Shown here one piece after another: positions 9,378 through 17,456 of a stretch of 18,356 nt of DNA; positions within the stretch are counted from its first letter, which is position 1; the number at the start of each line of letters is the position of its first letter. The DNA is taken from positions 2,056 to 20,411 of the forward strand of contig CAYUTF010000052.1 of the NCBI GenBank assembly GCA_964447495.1. The letters are read 5' to 3'. The translations under genes and the position numbers were made by a program. Below the pieces are notes generated by a model that was not told the origin of the DNA, made no database searches, and saw only the letters and a list, made by a program, of their open reading frames with translations. This DNA comes from an uncultured archaeon. Its GTDB lineage: Archaea > Asgardarchaeota > Lokiarchaeia > Sigyniarchaeales > SOKP01.

Positions 9378-9412
9378 TTTGTACATTCAAATCTTATTTG
9401 AATAAGTACAAA
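9378..9412 (-). other. Intergenic inverted repeat (15-bp stem, 2-nt bulge, 3-nt loop) between the HPS-like gene and the transporter
   Basis: TTTGTAC-ATTCAAAT-ctt-ATTTGAAT-aa-GTACAAA; on the minus strand it is followed by TTTTT (9373-9377). Confidence 0.5.
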
Positions 9413-9423
9413 ATATAAATAAA

Positions 9424-10089
9424 TTATTTTTCTAACTTATTAATTAAGCTTTTGATTTCTTCAGCAACCATAGTTGGATTCTGTGCGTGAGTAATTGCTC
9501 CGCCCACTATAATAATGGCTATGGGAAATTTCATTATGGGTTTTATATCTATTGCTCTAATTCCTCCTGCAATAGCCAATTTTGGATGATTTGGTATTTT
9601 TGCCATGGATTCTATTTCTGTTAGGGGAGCTCTTCTTGAAGATTGACGATCTAATCCACTGTGAGCTAAGGCATAAGTTAGTTTTTTCCCTTTATAGTTA
9701 AGATCCATTATTTCCTTTAATCGCTTAATAGGAGAACGTGAAACAATCAAATCTGCCATAATCTCAACCTTGTATTCAAATGAAGCACGTAACGCCTCCT
9801 CGATTGTATTATCATAAGCATCAGCAAGAATAGAAATGATATCAGCTTTAGCTTTAGCTGCCATTTTTACTTCAAGATATCCTGCGTCTGCGGTTTTTAA
9901 ATCAGCACATATTATTTTATTTGGATAAGTATTTTTTAATGTTTTAACTGCATTTATGCCTTCAGATTTTATTAATGGGGTTCCTGCTTCTATAATATCA
10001 ATAAAAGGAGCTACTTGACGTGCAATATTTAAGGCATCTTCTATATCTTCAAGATCAAGTGCAACTTGTAATTTTGGAGTTGAGCTCAT
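9424..10089 (-). CDS. 3-hexulose-6-phosphate synthase / 3-keto-L-gulonate-6-P decarboxylase family (OMPDC suprafamily)
   Basis: LQVALD, IIEAGTPLIKSEG, ADLKTADAG (DxKxxD), HSGLD.Q, AIAGGI and IIVGGAIT motifs. Confidence 0.88.
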   Translation of the reverse strand: MSSTPKLQVALDLEDIEDALNIARQVAPFIDIIEAGTPLIKSEGINAVKTLKNTYPNKIICADLKTADAGYLEVKMAAKAKADIISILADAYDNTIEEALRASFEYKVEIMADLIVSRSPIKRLKEIMDLNYKGKKLTYALAHSGLDRQSSRRAPLTEIESMAKIPNHPKLAIAGGIRAIDIKPIMKFPIAIIIVGGAITHAQNPTMVAEEIKSLINKLEK

Positions 10090-10108
10090 AATTTTATCTT
10101 AATTTAAT

Positions 10109-11188
10109 TTATATTATATTTTCTTTAAACATTTTTTGATTTACTTCTACTCCAAGACCAGGTTTTTCTAAAGCTTTCACTATTCCATTAACACACCTAA
10201 TTGGTTCTTCAAGTACTTGAAACTCATCGGGGATAAACGGAAATTCGCACCAATCACACCGTGACGCCATAATGAAATGCAGATTGGCTGCTAAAATATG
10301 TCCAAAGCCAAATATGTGGGGTATGCAGCGAACACCCTTTACTTCTGCCATAGCATCAATCTTTTTCAGTTGTAAAAAACCCCCACTTCTACACACATCA
10401 GGTTGAACAATATCATAGCACCCTTTCGAAAGAATATCTTCAAATCGGAATATTCCCATATCATTTTCTCCCCCTGCAATCTCTATAGGGGATTGGCTTC
10501 TTAGAGCAGCGAGTCCGTTTAAATTATCAGATGGTAATGGTTCTTCTAACCAACAAATATTATACTTCTCACAAATTTTTGTTAACTTAACTGCTTCTCG
10601 TAATTGAGTATATGCAGAATTTGCATCTAACATTATATCGATATCAGGAAAATTATCGCGAACTTCTTTAATCAACTCCTCATCTTTTTTTAAACCTTTT
10701 CCGATTCTTAGTTTTACCGCTTTAAAGGCGCCTAAATCAATAGCAGATTGCACAACTTTTGCTACTGCTTTTGCTTTGTAGCTTCGAGGCATTGAAGCAT
10801 ACGCTCTTATTTCCTTTTTCATCCCTCCTAACAACTTATATATTGGTTGTTTAGTCGCTTTTCCAATAATATCCCATAAAGCTACCTGTATTACACTAGT
10901 CGCCATAGGAATCCCAAACATAATACGATTGCTATTATGGTATACAGTTTGAAAAATATCCTCCACCATAAATGGGTCTTTTCTGATTAGTAAATGTTTC
11001 AAAGATTCGTCAATAAGCATTTTTTGCCCGAGATTACTTAAGTTCCAATGCGATAATGCCCACCCTTCAACATCTTCATCTGTTTTAATATTTAAATAGA
11101 GACCAGTCACATTGAATGCAGGCATGGAACCAAGTTTGAGTTTGAAATCTAACTTCAATACATAGGTTTTAACATCAGTTATAATCAT
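10109..11188 (-). CDS. Mandelate racemase/muconate lactonizing enzyme family (probable acid-sugar dehydratase)
   Basis: ALWDIIGK...PIYKLLGG, KLRIG (KxR), metal ligands in LDAN/WLEEP/GGEN, QPD, PH and PGLG motifs. Confidence 0.9.
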   Translation of the reverse strand: MIITDVKTYVLKLDFKLKLGSMPAFNVTGLYLNIKTDEDVEGWALSHWNLSNLGQKMLIDESLKHLLIRKDPFMVEDIFQTVYHNSNRIMFGIPMATSVIQVALWDIIGKATKQPIYKLLGGMKKEIRAYASMPRSYKAKAVAKVVQSAIDLGAFKAVKLRIGKGLKKDEELIKEVRDNFPDIDIMLDANSAYTQLREAVKLTKICEKYNICWLEEPLPSDNLNGLAALRSQSPIEIAGGENDMGIFRFEDILSKGCYDIVQPDVCRSGGFLQLKKIDAMAEVKGVRCIPHIFGFGHILAANLHFIMASRCDWCEFPFIPDEFQVLEEPIRCVNGIVKALEKPGLGVEVNQKMFKENII

Positions 11189-11325
11189 ATTAGAATTTCA
11201 CTTAAACTATTTATTATGAATAATCATTCATAACTCAAATGATTAATTATGCAGTATAATTAAACTTTTAGACTAAGGTATATTTATTTCTTTTGAAATA
11301 AATTATTAAGAATAACTGGTCTCAA

Positions 11326-12357
11326 GTGTTTGATGCTCATAAATCAAAATCATCGGATAAAAATCCATTCGAAGAATTAGCAGTAGTATATGTATTATAT
11401 TTTGATGAAACTCATGGACACACTCCAATACTAATCTATCCAGATGATAGATATAAAAATGATAAAAAATTCATGAGACCAATTAAGTATCATCCTATAT
11501 GGTTTTTAGGTGGAGGATCCAATGCATTAGACCATATAGATTTAGAATATAAGGGATATACGTTCTTTGGAAAAAAATTCTTAACAAAGTCAAAAAGAAT
11601 AAAAAGACGCGCTGGTTTAGAAGATGAAACCCCTGAAACTATTGTAATAATTCTTTCATTACCTAATAAACTTGAAGTGTTTGGTGATGATTTAATTCAA
11701 GATTTAACTAAAAAAATTGAGAGTGAATTTGGAGACAATCTTTTTGAGATAATTGAATCTGAAATCGCCAGTAGTAGCTTAATAAAATCCCCTAAAATTT
11801 ATAAAATCATTGAAAAAGGGGATCCTATCAAAAATAAATTATTAAAAACTATAGATGATGCATGTAAGGATTTCTTTCGAAATGCTGTTAAAGATTTAGA
11901 TACATCTTCGATTAAGATGCAAAAAGCAATTGCGTATCTTGCTTTAAAGGGTATGGATATATCGCATATCGACAGCAGCAACTATAAAGATTCCTTTTCT
12001 AACATTAAATTATTTGATCCAACAGAAAAAAATAATATTAATGTACTGGATATAAACATTTTCTCCATTAAACAAATTACTCTCTCTGAGAATAGTAGTG
12101 AAATAGAAATATTAGTGAAAAATAATACTGACAAAGAAATAAATGGTATCATTGTCGTAATAACTCATGTGAAAGAATATTTTGAAAAGGAGATTATGAC
12201 TGAAAATATTGACGTATGGTTTCCAAATGAGGAATTAGTGTTTATTTCACCCATATTTCCTCAAATTGACGAATATCTCTTATTTATTATGAAAGAAGAT
12301 AGTAATGAGAAGCTTTTATCTAAAAAAGTTGATTTAAATGCTTTAAAAAAAAAATAA
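11326..12357 (+). CDS. Hypothetical protein; N-terminal uDENN/longin-like region and C-terminal beta-sandwich-like domain
   Basis: VYVLYFDETHGHTPILIYP resembles the FD...G....YP start of uDENN/longin domains. The C-terminal ~100 aa are beta-strand rich (IEILVKNNTDKEINGIIVVI...WFPNEELVF). The ORF is secure; the domain call is tentative. Confidence 0.6.
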   Translation: MFDAHKSKSSDKNPFEELAVVYVLYFDETHGHTPILIYPDDRYKNDKKFMRPIKYHPIWFLGGGSNALDHIDLEYKGYTFFGKKFLTKSKRIKRRAGLEDETPETIVIILSLPNKLEVFGDDLIQDLTKKIESEFGDNLFEIIESEIASSSLIKSPKIYKIIEKGDPIKNKLLKTIDDACKDFFRNAVKDLDTSSIKMQKAIAYLALKGMDISHIDSSNYKDSFSNIKLFDPTEKNNINVLDINIFSIKQITLSENSSEIEILVKNNTDKEINGIIVVITHVKEYFEKEIMTENIDVWFPNEELVFISPIFPQIDEYLLFIMKEDSNEKLLSKKVDLNALKKK

Positions 12358-12371
12358 GATGTTGAATATAA

Positions 12372-12860
12372 ATGTCAGATAATCCAATAATTCAAGAGGA
12401 TATAATAATAAGAAATTACCGAACTTCAGACTATAAGGCTACATTAGAAATTTTGAAAGACCTTCAAAAACAATTTGACATAGGTCTGGATGAACAAAAA
12501 TGGAAAGAATCATCTGGTTTAAGACAATTTAAACCTAATTTAAAAAGAATTACATTAATTGCCGAAATTAAATCCACTGGCGAAATAGTATCTATGGGAA
12601 TGCTAGAGGCTGTAAAAAATAACATAGGTCAATATATTGGTTATTTAAATAACTGGGTTACAAAAAAAGGGTTTATTGGAAAAGGAGTGGGAAAAATCCT
12701 CGCAGATAAAGCAATCCAAATCCTGCAATCATGGGGTTGTGAAAATGTCCGCATTAATATGGCATACGAAGGTGATAGAAAACTTATAGATGTTTTTAGT
12801 CATTTAGGTTTTCAGCCCATAATTATCGTACTAGAAAAGAAATTTAATAAGAATGAGTAA
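12372..12860 (+). CDS. GNAT family N-acetyltransferase
   Basis: IIIRNY...D start, acetyl-CoA motif A FIGKGVGKIL, and C-terminal F..LGF. Confidence 0.8.
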   Translation: MSDNPIIQEDIIIRNYRTSDYKATLEILKDLQKQFDIGLDEQKWKESSGLRQFKPNLKRITLIAEIKSTGEIVSMGMLEAVKNNIGQYIGYLNNWVTKKGFIGKGVGKILADKAIQILQSWGCENVRINMAYEGDRKLIDVFSHLGFQPIIIVLEKKFNKNE

Positions 12861-13057
12861 ATCTGAATAATTTCTTTTGTTTATTTATCTTTTTCTTCGC
12901 AATTAAGTTCAAAATAGTAAGAAATTTCAAGTTAGTTTTTCTAATCCTTAAAGTTAGCAAAAAATAAAATATATTTATTCTAAAAAATTGAAACTAATAT
13001 AATTATAAAATTTTTAATAAAAAATTTGAAAAAAAATAATTGAGGTAAACATTCAAA

Positions 13058-14500
13058 ATGCCAATTGGTATAAAAAGTTATGGAGCATATTTGCCAAAAT
13101 ACTTGCTCCCGAGAGATCTTATTGCGAAAGCTTGGGATTTTCCAAATGTTCCTGGTACAAAAGCAATTGCGATGGCTGATGAAGATAGTATTACCATGTC
13201 TGTGGAAGCGGGATTAGACTGCTTAGCAGGAATCGATCCTAAAACTGTCGATGGAATTTTCTTTGCTTCTACGACTCAAGTATATACAGAAAAGGATTCT
13301 GCCTCACTAATTGCTACTGTGCTAGATATGAGAGAAGATATAATAACTGTTGATTTTACAGATTCCACCAAAGCCGCTACTACTGCTCTTACGCGAGCGG
13401 TAGATACCATAAAAGCAAATAAGGATATAAAAAGCATTCTTGTCGTTTCTGCAGATACCAGAGCACCCGAGCCTTCCACAATGTGGGAATTTGGATTCGC
13501 AGATGGCGCTGCCGCACTTCTTGTGGCTGAAGAAGATAATCTTCCCTTATCTATCGAAGATTATTATTCAATCTCTGCAAATGTTACGGGACCTTGGAAA
13601 AGAGCAAATAAGGATAAATTTATTCGAACTTTCGAAGTTAAAATGGATGCGAAATTCTACGTAGAAAGTATCACTAAAGTAATGGCAGAAATACTTAAAA
13701 GAAATAATCTCAAACCTGAAGAAATCGATGCTGCAGCATATTACTATAATAACCCACGAATGCATGGACGAATCTCAAAAATTATGAAATTTGGACAAGG
13801 TGTTGCTCAAAATAGCCTATTCTTTCAAATAGGCGACACAGGTACACCTATGCCTTTCATGCTATTAATCGCGGCTCTTAGAAGACCTAAAGATGACGCA
13901 AAAATAATTATGACTGGCTATGGCGATGGTGCTGATGCTATCTTACTACAAGTACGCGATAAAGGCGCATTACGAGACCTTGGAAAATCACGATTAGGGC
14001 TTATTGGTCATCAAAAATCTATGATAATCACTAATAACTATAATAAATTTGTGGATTTCAAAGAATTACTTGAAAAAGATAGATACATCCGAAAAAGCTC
14101 CGCTGTGACCGTATGGAGAGATACTGCCTCGGTTTATAAATGGTACGGTGTTAAATGTAAGAATTGTGGAACAGTCCAATATCCTGACCTCTCTCGATCG
14201 TGTTATGTATGCAGAGCTGATGACCCATTCGAACATGTAAAACTTTTACTCCACGGAACGATATTTACTTACACCCTTGACCACTTAGTGGGTGGTGCGT
14301 ATCTTCAAACTCCCGTGCCTCGATGTGTTATCGATTTAGATGGCGGTGGTAGAGTTCTACTTAATATGACTGAAATCGAAAATCCTGAGGAAAATGTCCA
14401 TATTGGGATGAAAGTCGAGATGACCTTCAGAAAAGAACACGAAGGTGCCGAATTTAAAAATTATTATTGGAAATGTAGACCCGAAAGGGGGAGAAAATAA
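13058..14500 (+). CDS. KASIII/HMG-CoA-synthase-like domain fused to DUF35 (Zn-ribbon + OB-fold) domain
   Basis: GIKSYGAYLP, DEDSITM, FASTT, DGAAALL, IGDTG and GYGDGADA motifs. C-terminal CKNC...CYVC zinc ribbon and GTIFTYT...GGRV...IGMKVEMTFR...YYWK OB-fold. RBS GAGGT at 13042-13046. Confidence 0.9.
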   Translation: MPIGIKSYGAYLPKYLLPRDLIAKAWDFPNVPGTKAIAMADEDSITMSVEAGLDCLAGIDPKTVDGIFFASTTQVYTEKDSASLIATVLDMREDIITVDFTDSTKAATTALTRAVDTIKANKDIKSILVVSADTRAPEPSTMWEFGFADGAAALLVAEEDNLPLSIEDYYSISANVTGPWKRANKDKFIRTFEVKMDAKFYVESITKVMAEILKRNNLKPEEIDAAAYYYNNPRMHGRISKIMKFGQGVAQNSLFFQIGDTGTPMPFMLLIAALRRPKDDAKIIMTGYGDGADAILLQVRDKGALRDLGKSRLGLIGHQKSMIITNNYNKFVDFKELLEKDRYIRKSSAVTVWRDTASVYKWYGVKCKNCGTVQYPDLSRSCYVCRADDPFEHVKLLLHGTIFTYTLDHLVGGAYLQTPVPRCVIDLDGGGRVLLNMTEIENPEENVHIGMKVEMTFRKEHEGAEFKNYYWKCRPERGRK

Positions 14501-14506
14501 GGAGGT
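14501..14506 (+). promoter_or_regulatory. Shine-Dalgarno site GGAGGT for the thiolase
   Basis: GGAGGT ends 8 nt before ATG 14515 and directly follows the upstream TAA. Confidence 0.8.
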
Positions 14507-14514
14507 TAAAAAAA

Positions 14515-15732
14515 ATGGCAAGAAAAGGTATTAGTGATAAAGTAGCAATCATCGGCTGCGATATGACAAAATATGGTGAACTATGGGATAAAAGTCAATA
14601 CGACCTGCTCTTCGAGGCAGTTCAATCCGCGACAAAAGATGCCGGAATTACCAAAGATGAGATTGATGCGACCTGGATCGGTATATTTTACTTTTTTACC
14701 GGCTTATCCGGTGCAATGGTAGAAGATATATTAAAGCTAGATGGAAAACCCGCTACTCGTATAGAAAATTACTGTGCTTCGGGAATGGACGCTTTCAGAA
14801 ATGCAAGCTTCGCCATTGCTTCTGGTGCATACGATGTAGCTCTCGCTTGTGGAGTAGAGAAGCTCATGGACGAAGGTGGAAGTGGTTTACCCGGATTCAC
14901 TTTATTTGGGCATCCATTATACCCTACTCCATCAGCACCAGCTATGTTTTCGATGGCAGCAACAAGATGTTTCCACGAGTTTGGTTGGACAAAGGAGGAT
15001 TTAGCCCGAGTTGCGGTAAAGAATCATGACAATGGTTCCTATCATCCAAAAGCACACTTTCGAAGCAAGATTACAATTGAGGCTGCGATGAAAGCACCAA
15101 TGATTGCTGACCCTCTGGGCCGATTCGACTGCTGCGCAAAAAATTAGCTAATTAAGCTAATTTACGTAGTGTCAGACGGATCTGCCGCACTAATTCTTAC
15201 AACGCCCGAATTAGCAGAGAGTTATGCCCACGCAGATGACTACATTCTCGTAAAAGCAAATGCGATCTCATGTAGGACTAATTTCCCATGGTATGTTCCC
15301 GCAAACGGGCCTGGTGCCGACTTTACATCCTTTCCGTCCACAGTACAAGCTGCACAATATGCGTATAAAGAAGCAGGAATTACTGATCCTCGCAAGCAAA
15401 TTGATTGCGCAGAGGTACATGACTGTTTCACAATAACTGAACTAGTAAATTGCCAGGATCTACAATTTTGCGATCGTGGTAAAGCAGCTGAGGAATTAAA
15501 GAATGGAACATTTAACTGGGATGGTGAGACTGCTGTGAATCCGTCAGGCGGACTTAAGTCTTTTGGTCATCCTATTGGATCAACAGGCTGTCGTATGCTA
15601 ACCGAAATCACAAAACAATTACAAGGACGCGCAGAAGGTCGCCAAGTTCCCGATGCTAAGATTGGCTTATGCCATAACCTTGGTGGCGCATTTAGTGTGT
15701 GTTCTACGACCGTATTAAGTCAACGAGATTAA
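14515..15732 (+). CDS. SCP2-type thiolase (acetyl-CoA acetyltransferase family), interrupted by a 30-nt in-frame stop-containing insert; 395 aa if the insert is removed
   Basis: ORFs 14515-15147 and 15169-15732 are in the same frame and are the two halves of one thiolase. Motifs: ENYCASG (catalytic Cys), GVEK, KNH.NG..HP.AH, DCCA|(M/V)SDGSAA, EVHDCFT, NPSGG, GHPIGSTG, HNLGG. No other lesion was seen. Confidence 0.9.
15140..15169 (+). other. Candidate BHB-type archaeal mRNA intron (30 nt)
   Basis: 9-bp hairpin AAATTAGCT/AGCTAATTT; 3-nt bulges AAA (15138-15140) and AGT (15168-15170) flank a 4-bp helix GCGC/ACGT (one C-A mismatch); exon-exon helix 15122-15133/15171-15182. Excision restores DCCAMSDG. 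Confidence 0.6.
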
Positions 15733-15757
15733 ATTAAATTTTTTTTTATTTTATTTT
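15641..15757 (+). repeat. Direct repeat copy 1: thiolase 3' end, stop codon and T-tract
   Basis: 15641-15735 aligns ungapped to 17139-17233 at 84/95 identity; both copies are followed by TTTTTTTTATTTTATTTT. Confidence 0.9.
15739..15757 (+). terminator. Archaeal-type oligo-T terminator after the thiolase operon
   Basis: TTTTTTTTTATTTTATTTT just after the TAA at 15730-15732. Confidence 0.55.
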
Positions 15758-15883
15758 CTCCATTTTTTTATGCTGTTTTTTATTATTGTATATAATACAA
15801 TATTGAGAATTTCAATAATGAAAATATTATTTATCTCTTCAAACATTGGATCATTATAGACAATAATTAAAGAAGAATAAAGT

Positions 15884-16432
15884 ATGAGATGTATGTTAAA
15901 CAATTTAAAACCTTCCCTAAAGGAGTTATTTGTTGTTTATGGAATAGGACTGATAATAACTATCCTATCAGCAATTTTTTTCAGTATAAGAGGGTATCCT
16001 CTTGTTGCTACTGCCACAGAAGTTTTAAATATTACTACACCTCCATTATATATGATTTCAATTTTTCTTCCTTATGGAATATTAATAGGAGAACTAATAT
16101 GGATAAGGATGGAAAAAAAAGAGCTAAATTTTTTCATATTGATGTTTTTAGAATGTGTGATTATTGCCCTGTTGTCTTTTGCTCGATATATTATTAGGAT
16201 TCCGTTGAGCGGTCACGCAATTATATTATTTTTTTATTTACCACATCAAATTTTTAATAATAAAGCCCAGTATCAATTAAGACTTTTAATTGGAATAATA
16301 GTTCTTATTATCACCGTGATTTATAAATGGTTTCTCTGGAACGAGGTTGTTACTTTTTTACTAGGAGCAATAGCAGGAATCGTGTTATGGGTTCCAGGAT
16401 TCTTATATCGATTAAAAGAGGTTGAGAACTAA
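15884..16432 (+). CDS. Hypothetical integral membrane protein (about 6 TM)
   Basis: 182-aa hydrophobic ORF with a PLSGHA motif; the start may be Met 15893. Confidence 0.75.
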   Translation: MRCMLNNLKPSLKELFVVYGIGLIITILSAIFFSIRGYPLVATATEVLNITTPPLYMISIFLPYGILIGELIWIRMEKKELNFFILMFLECVIIALLSFARYIIRIPLSGHAIILFFYLPHQIFNNKAQYQLRLLIGIIVLIITVIYKWFLWNEVVTFLLGAIAGIVLWVPGFLYRLKEVEN

Positions 16433-16643
16433 GCTTCACTCCTTTTAACATTCAATTATGCATATTATATAAAAAATATGTAATGGATTAGTGATTCTTT
16501 TGGGTTTTACCCTTAATGAACATAACAATTTCCTTGTTTTTTTTGTTTATGTACATCTTCAGAATTTTTTCTAAAAACCTATTATCCAGAATTGTTAATC
16601 CTTATATGGATTTCCTCTTGTATCTTTCTAAAGATTATAGACA

Positions 16644-17057
16644 CTAAAAAGAGAATACTTTTATTTCTTTTTCTTTTTGTTCTTTTTCCTTTTGTTCTTT
16701 ATTATTGTTTTTATATAATAGCATTATCCCAAGAATGATAATGAGAATGTTAATGAGGAAATATATGATAAATAAGTTAAGGGAATGAAAGGAAATAAGA
16801 AAAAGGGGGCTAATCATTATAGAAGTTATTCCCACAGATAATAGAAACATCCCTCGATTTTTTCGTGTTTTTTTAGTTAGTATTGCTCCAAAAAAAAATA
16901 ATGGTAAAGAAATAAGAATAAGAGAGGAAGATTCGACGACCCTTTGGGGAAAAGAGATATCGCTATTCAAAATAACGATTCCTAAGTATAACAATATTAT
17001 GCTGATAATTATAATTATTATGCCAATTATGCGATTTGTTATTTGCTTGTCTCTCAC
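16644..17057 (-). CDS. Hypothetical membrane protein (4 TM) with KE-rich tail
   Basis: Four hydrophobic segments, GTG start, C-terminal KEQKEKEQKEKE. Low-complexity Ile/Leu composition lowers confidence. Confidence 0.55.
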   Translation of the reverse strand: MRDKQITNRIIGIIIIIISIILLYLGIVILNSDISFPQRVVESSSLILISLPLFFFGAILTKKTRKNRGMFLLSVGITSIMISPLFLISFHSLNLFIIYFLINILIIILGIMLLYKNNNKEQKEKEQKEKEIKVFSF

Positions 17058-17138
17058 AATTGATTAGAAGCTAAACTTACTTTTAACAATTCTGTCATAT
17101 TTTAATGCGATGAATTTAAATCCATTGCTTGGAAGTAT

Positions 17139-17252
17139 GCCAATTTCCTGATGCTAAGGTTTGGTTATGCCATAACCATGGTGGGGCCTTTAGCGTGTGT
17201 TTCACGACCGTATTAAGTCAACGAGATTAAATTCTTTTTTTTATTTTATTTT
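17139..17252 (+). pseudogene. Direct repeat copy 2: degenerate fragment of the thiolase C-terminus with stop codon and T-tract
   Basis: Translates as CQFPDAKVWLCHNHGGAFSVCFTTVLSQRD* versus RQVPDAKIGLCHNLGGAFSVCSTTVLSQRD* in the thiolase. An in-frame TAA at 17117-17119 lies just upstream. Confidence 0.85.
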
Positions 17253-17456
17253 TTTTTGATTTTTAGACTATTTAATTAGATTCTAAGTAATCTCAATAAT
17301 ACTAATGAAAATGAGTAGTAGTAAATGATATGTTTGAATTTATCCCTGTTGATTTTGCTGTTCATAATAACCTTCCAAGGCAATTAAATGCAGAACATTT
17401 ATCTTGGATTGTTAAAATGGAAAAAGTAGAGTATAAAATTGCTTTCAGCAAAGTGT

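Noticed and set aside
15145-15147. Pyrrolysine or selenocysteine recoding of the in-frame stop
   Set aside because: The codon is TAG, so not Sec. It lies in 10 extra non-homologous codons rather than at a conserved residue, and no pyl genes are in the window. Disfavoured but not formally excluded.
15169-15732. Treating ORFs 14515-15147 and 15169-15732 as two independent genes
   Set aside because: They are in the same frame, the break falls inside the conserved DCCxxSDG motif, and there is no RBS before GTG 15169.
2931-16197. Short overlapping ORFs 2931-3167, 3519-3791, 8753-8986, 11799-11981, 13276-13479, 13440-13664, 13568-13765, 14847-15029, 15240-15431 and 15889-16197
   Set aside because: All are nested in longer ORFs, antisense or out of frame, with no independent support.
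16480-16640. Possible degraded minus-strand coding remnant between the islet genes
   Set aside because: Only short stop-interrupted frames with no recognisable homology.
16665-16700. 15-nt tandem repeat encoding KEQKEKEQKEKE
   Set aside because: About two copies of low-complexity coding sequence; not a CRISPR or functional array.
15641-17233. Diversity-generating retroelement TR/VR pair
   Set aside because: Mismatches are not adenine-specific (only 1 of 11 is A in copy 2 and 2 of 11 in copy 1), and no reverse transcriptase is present.
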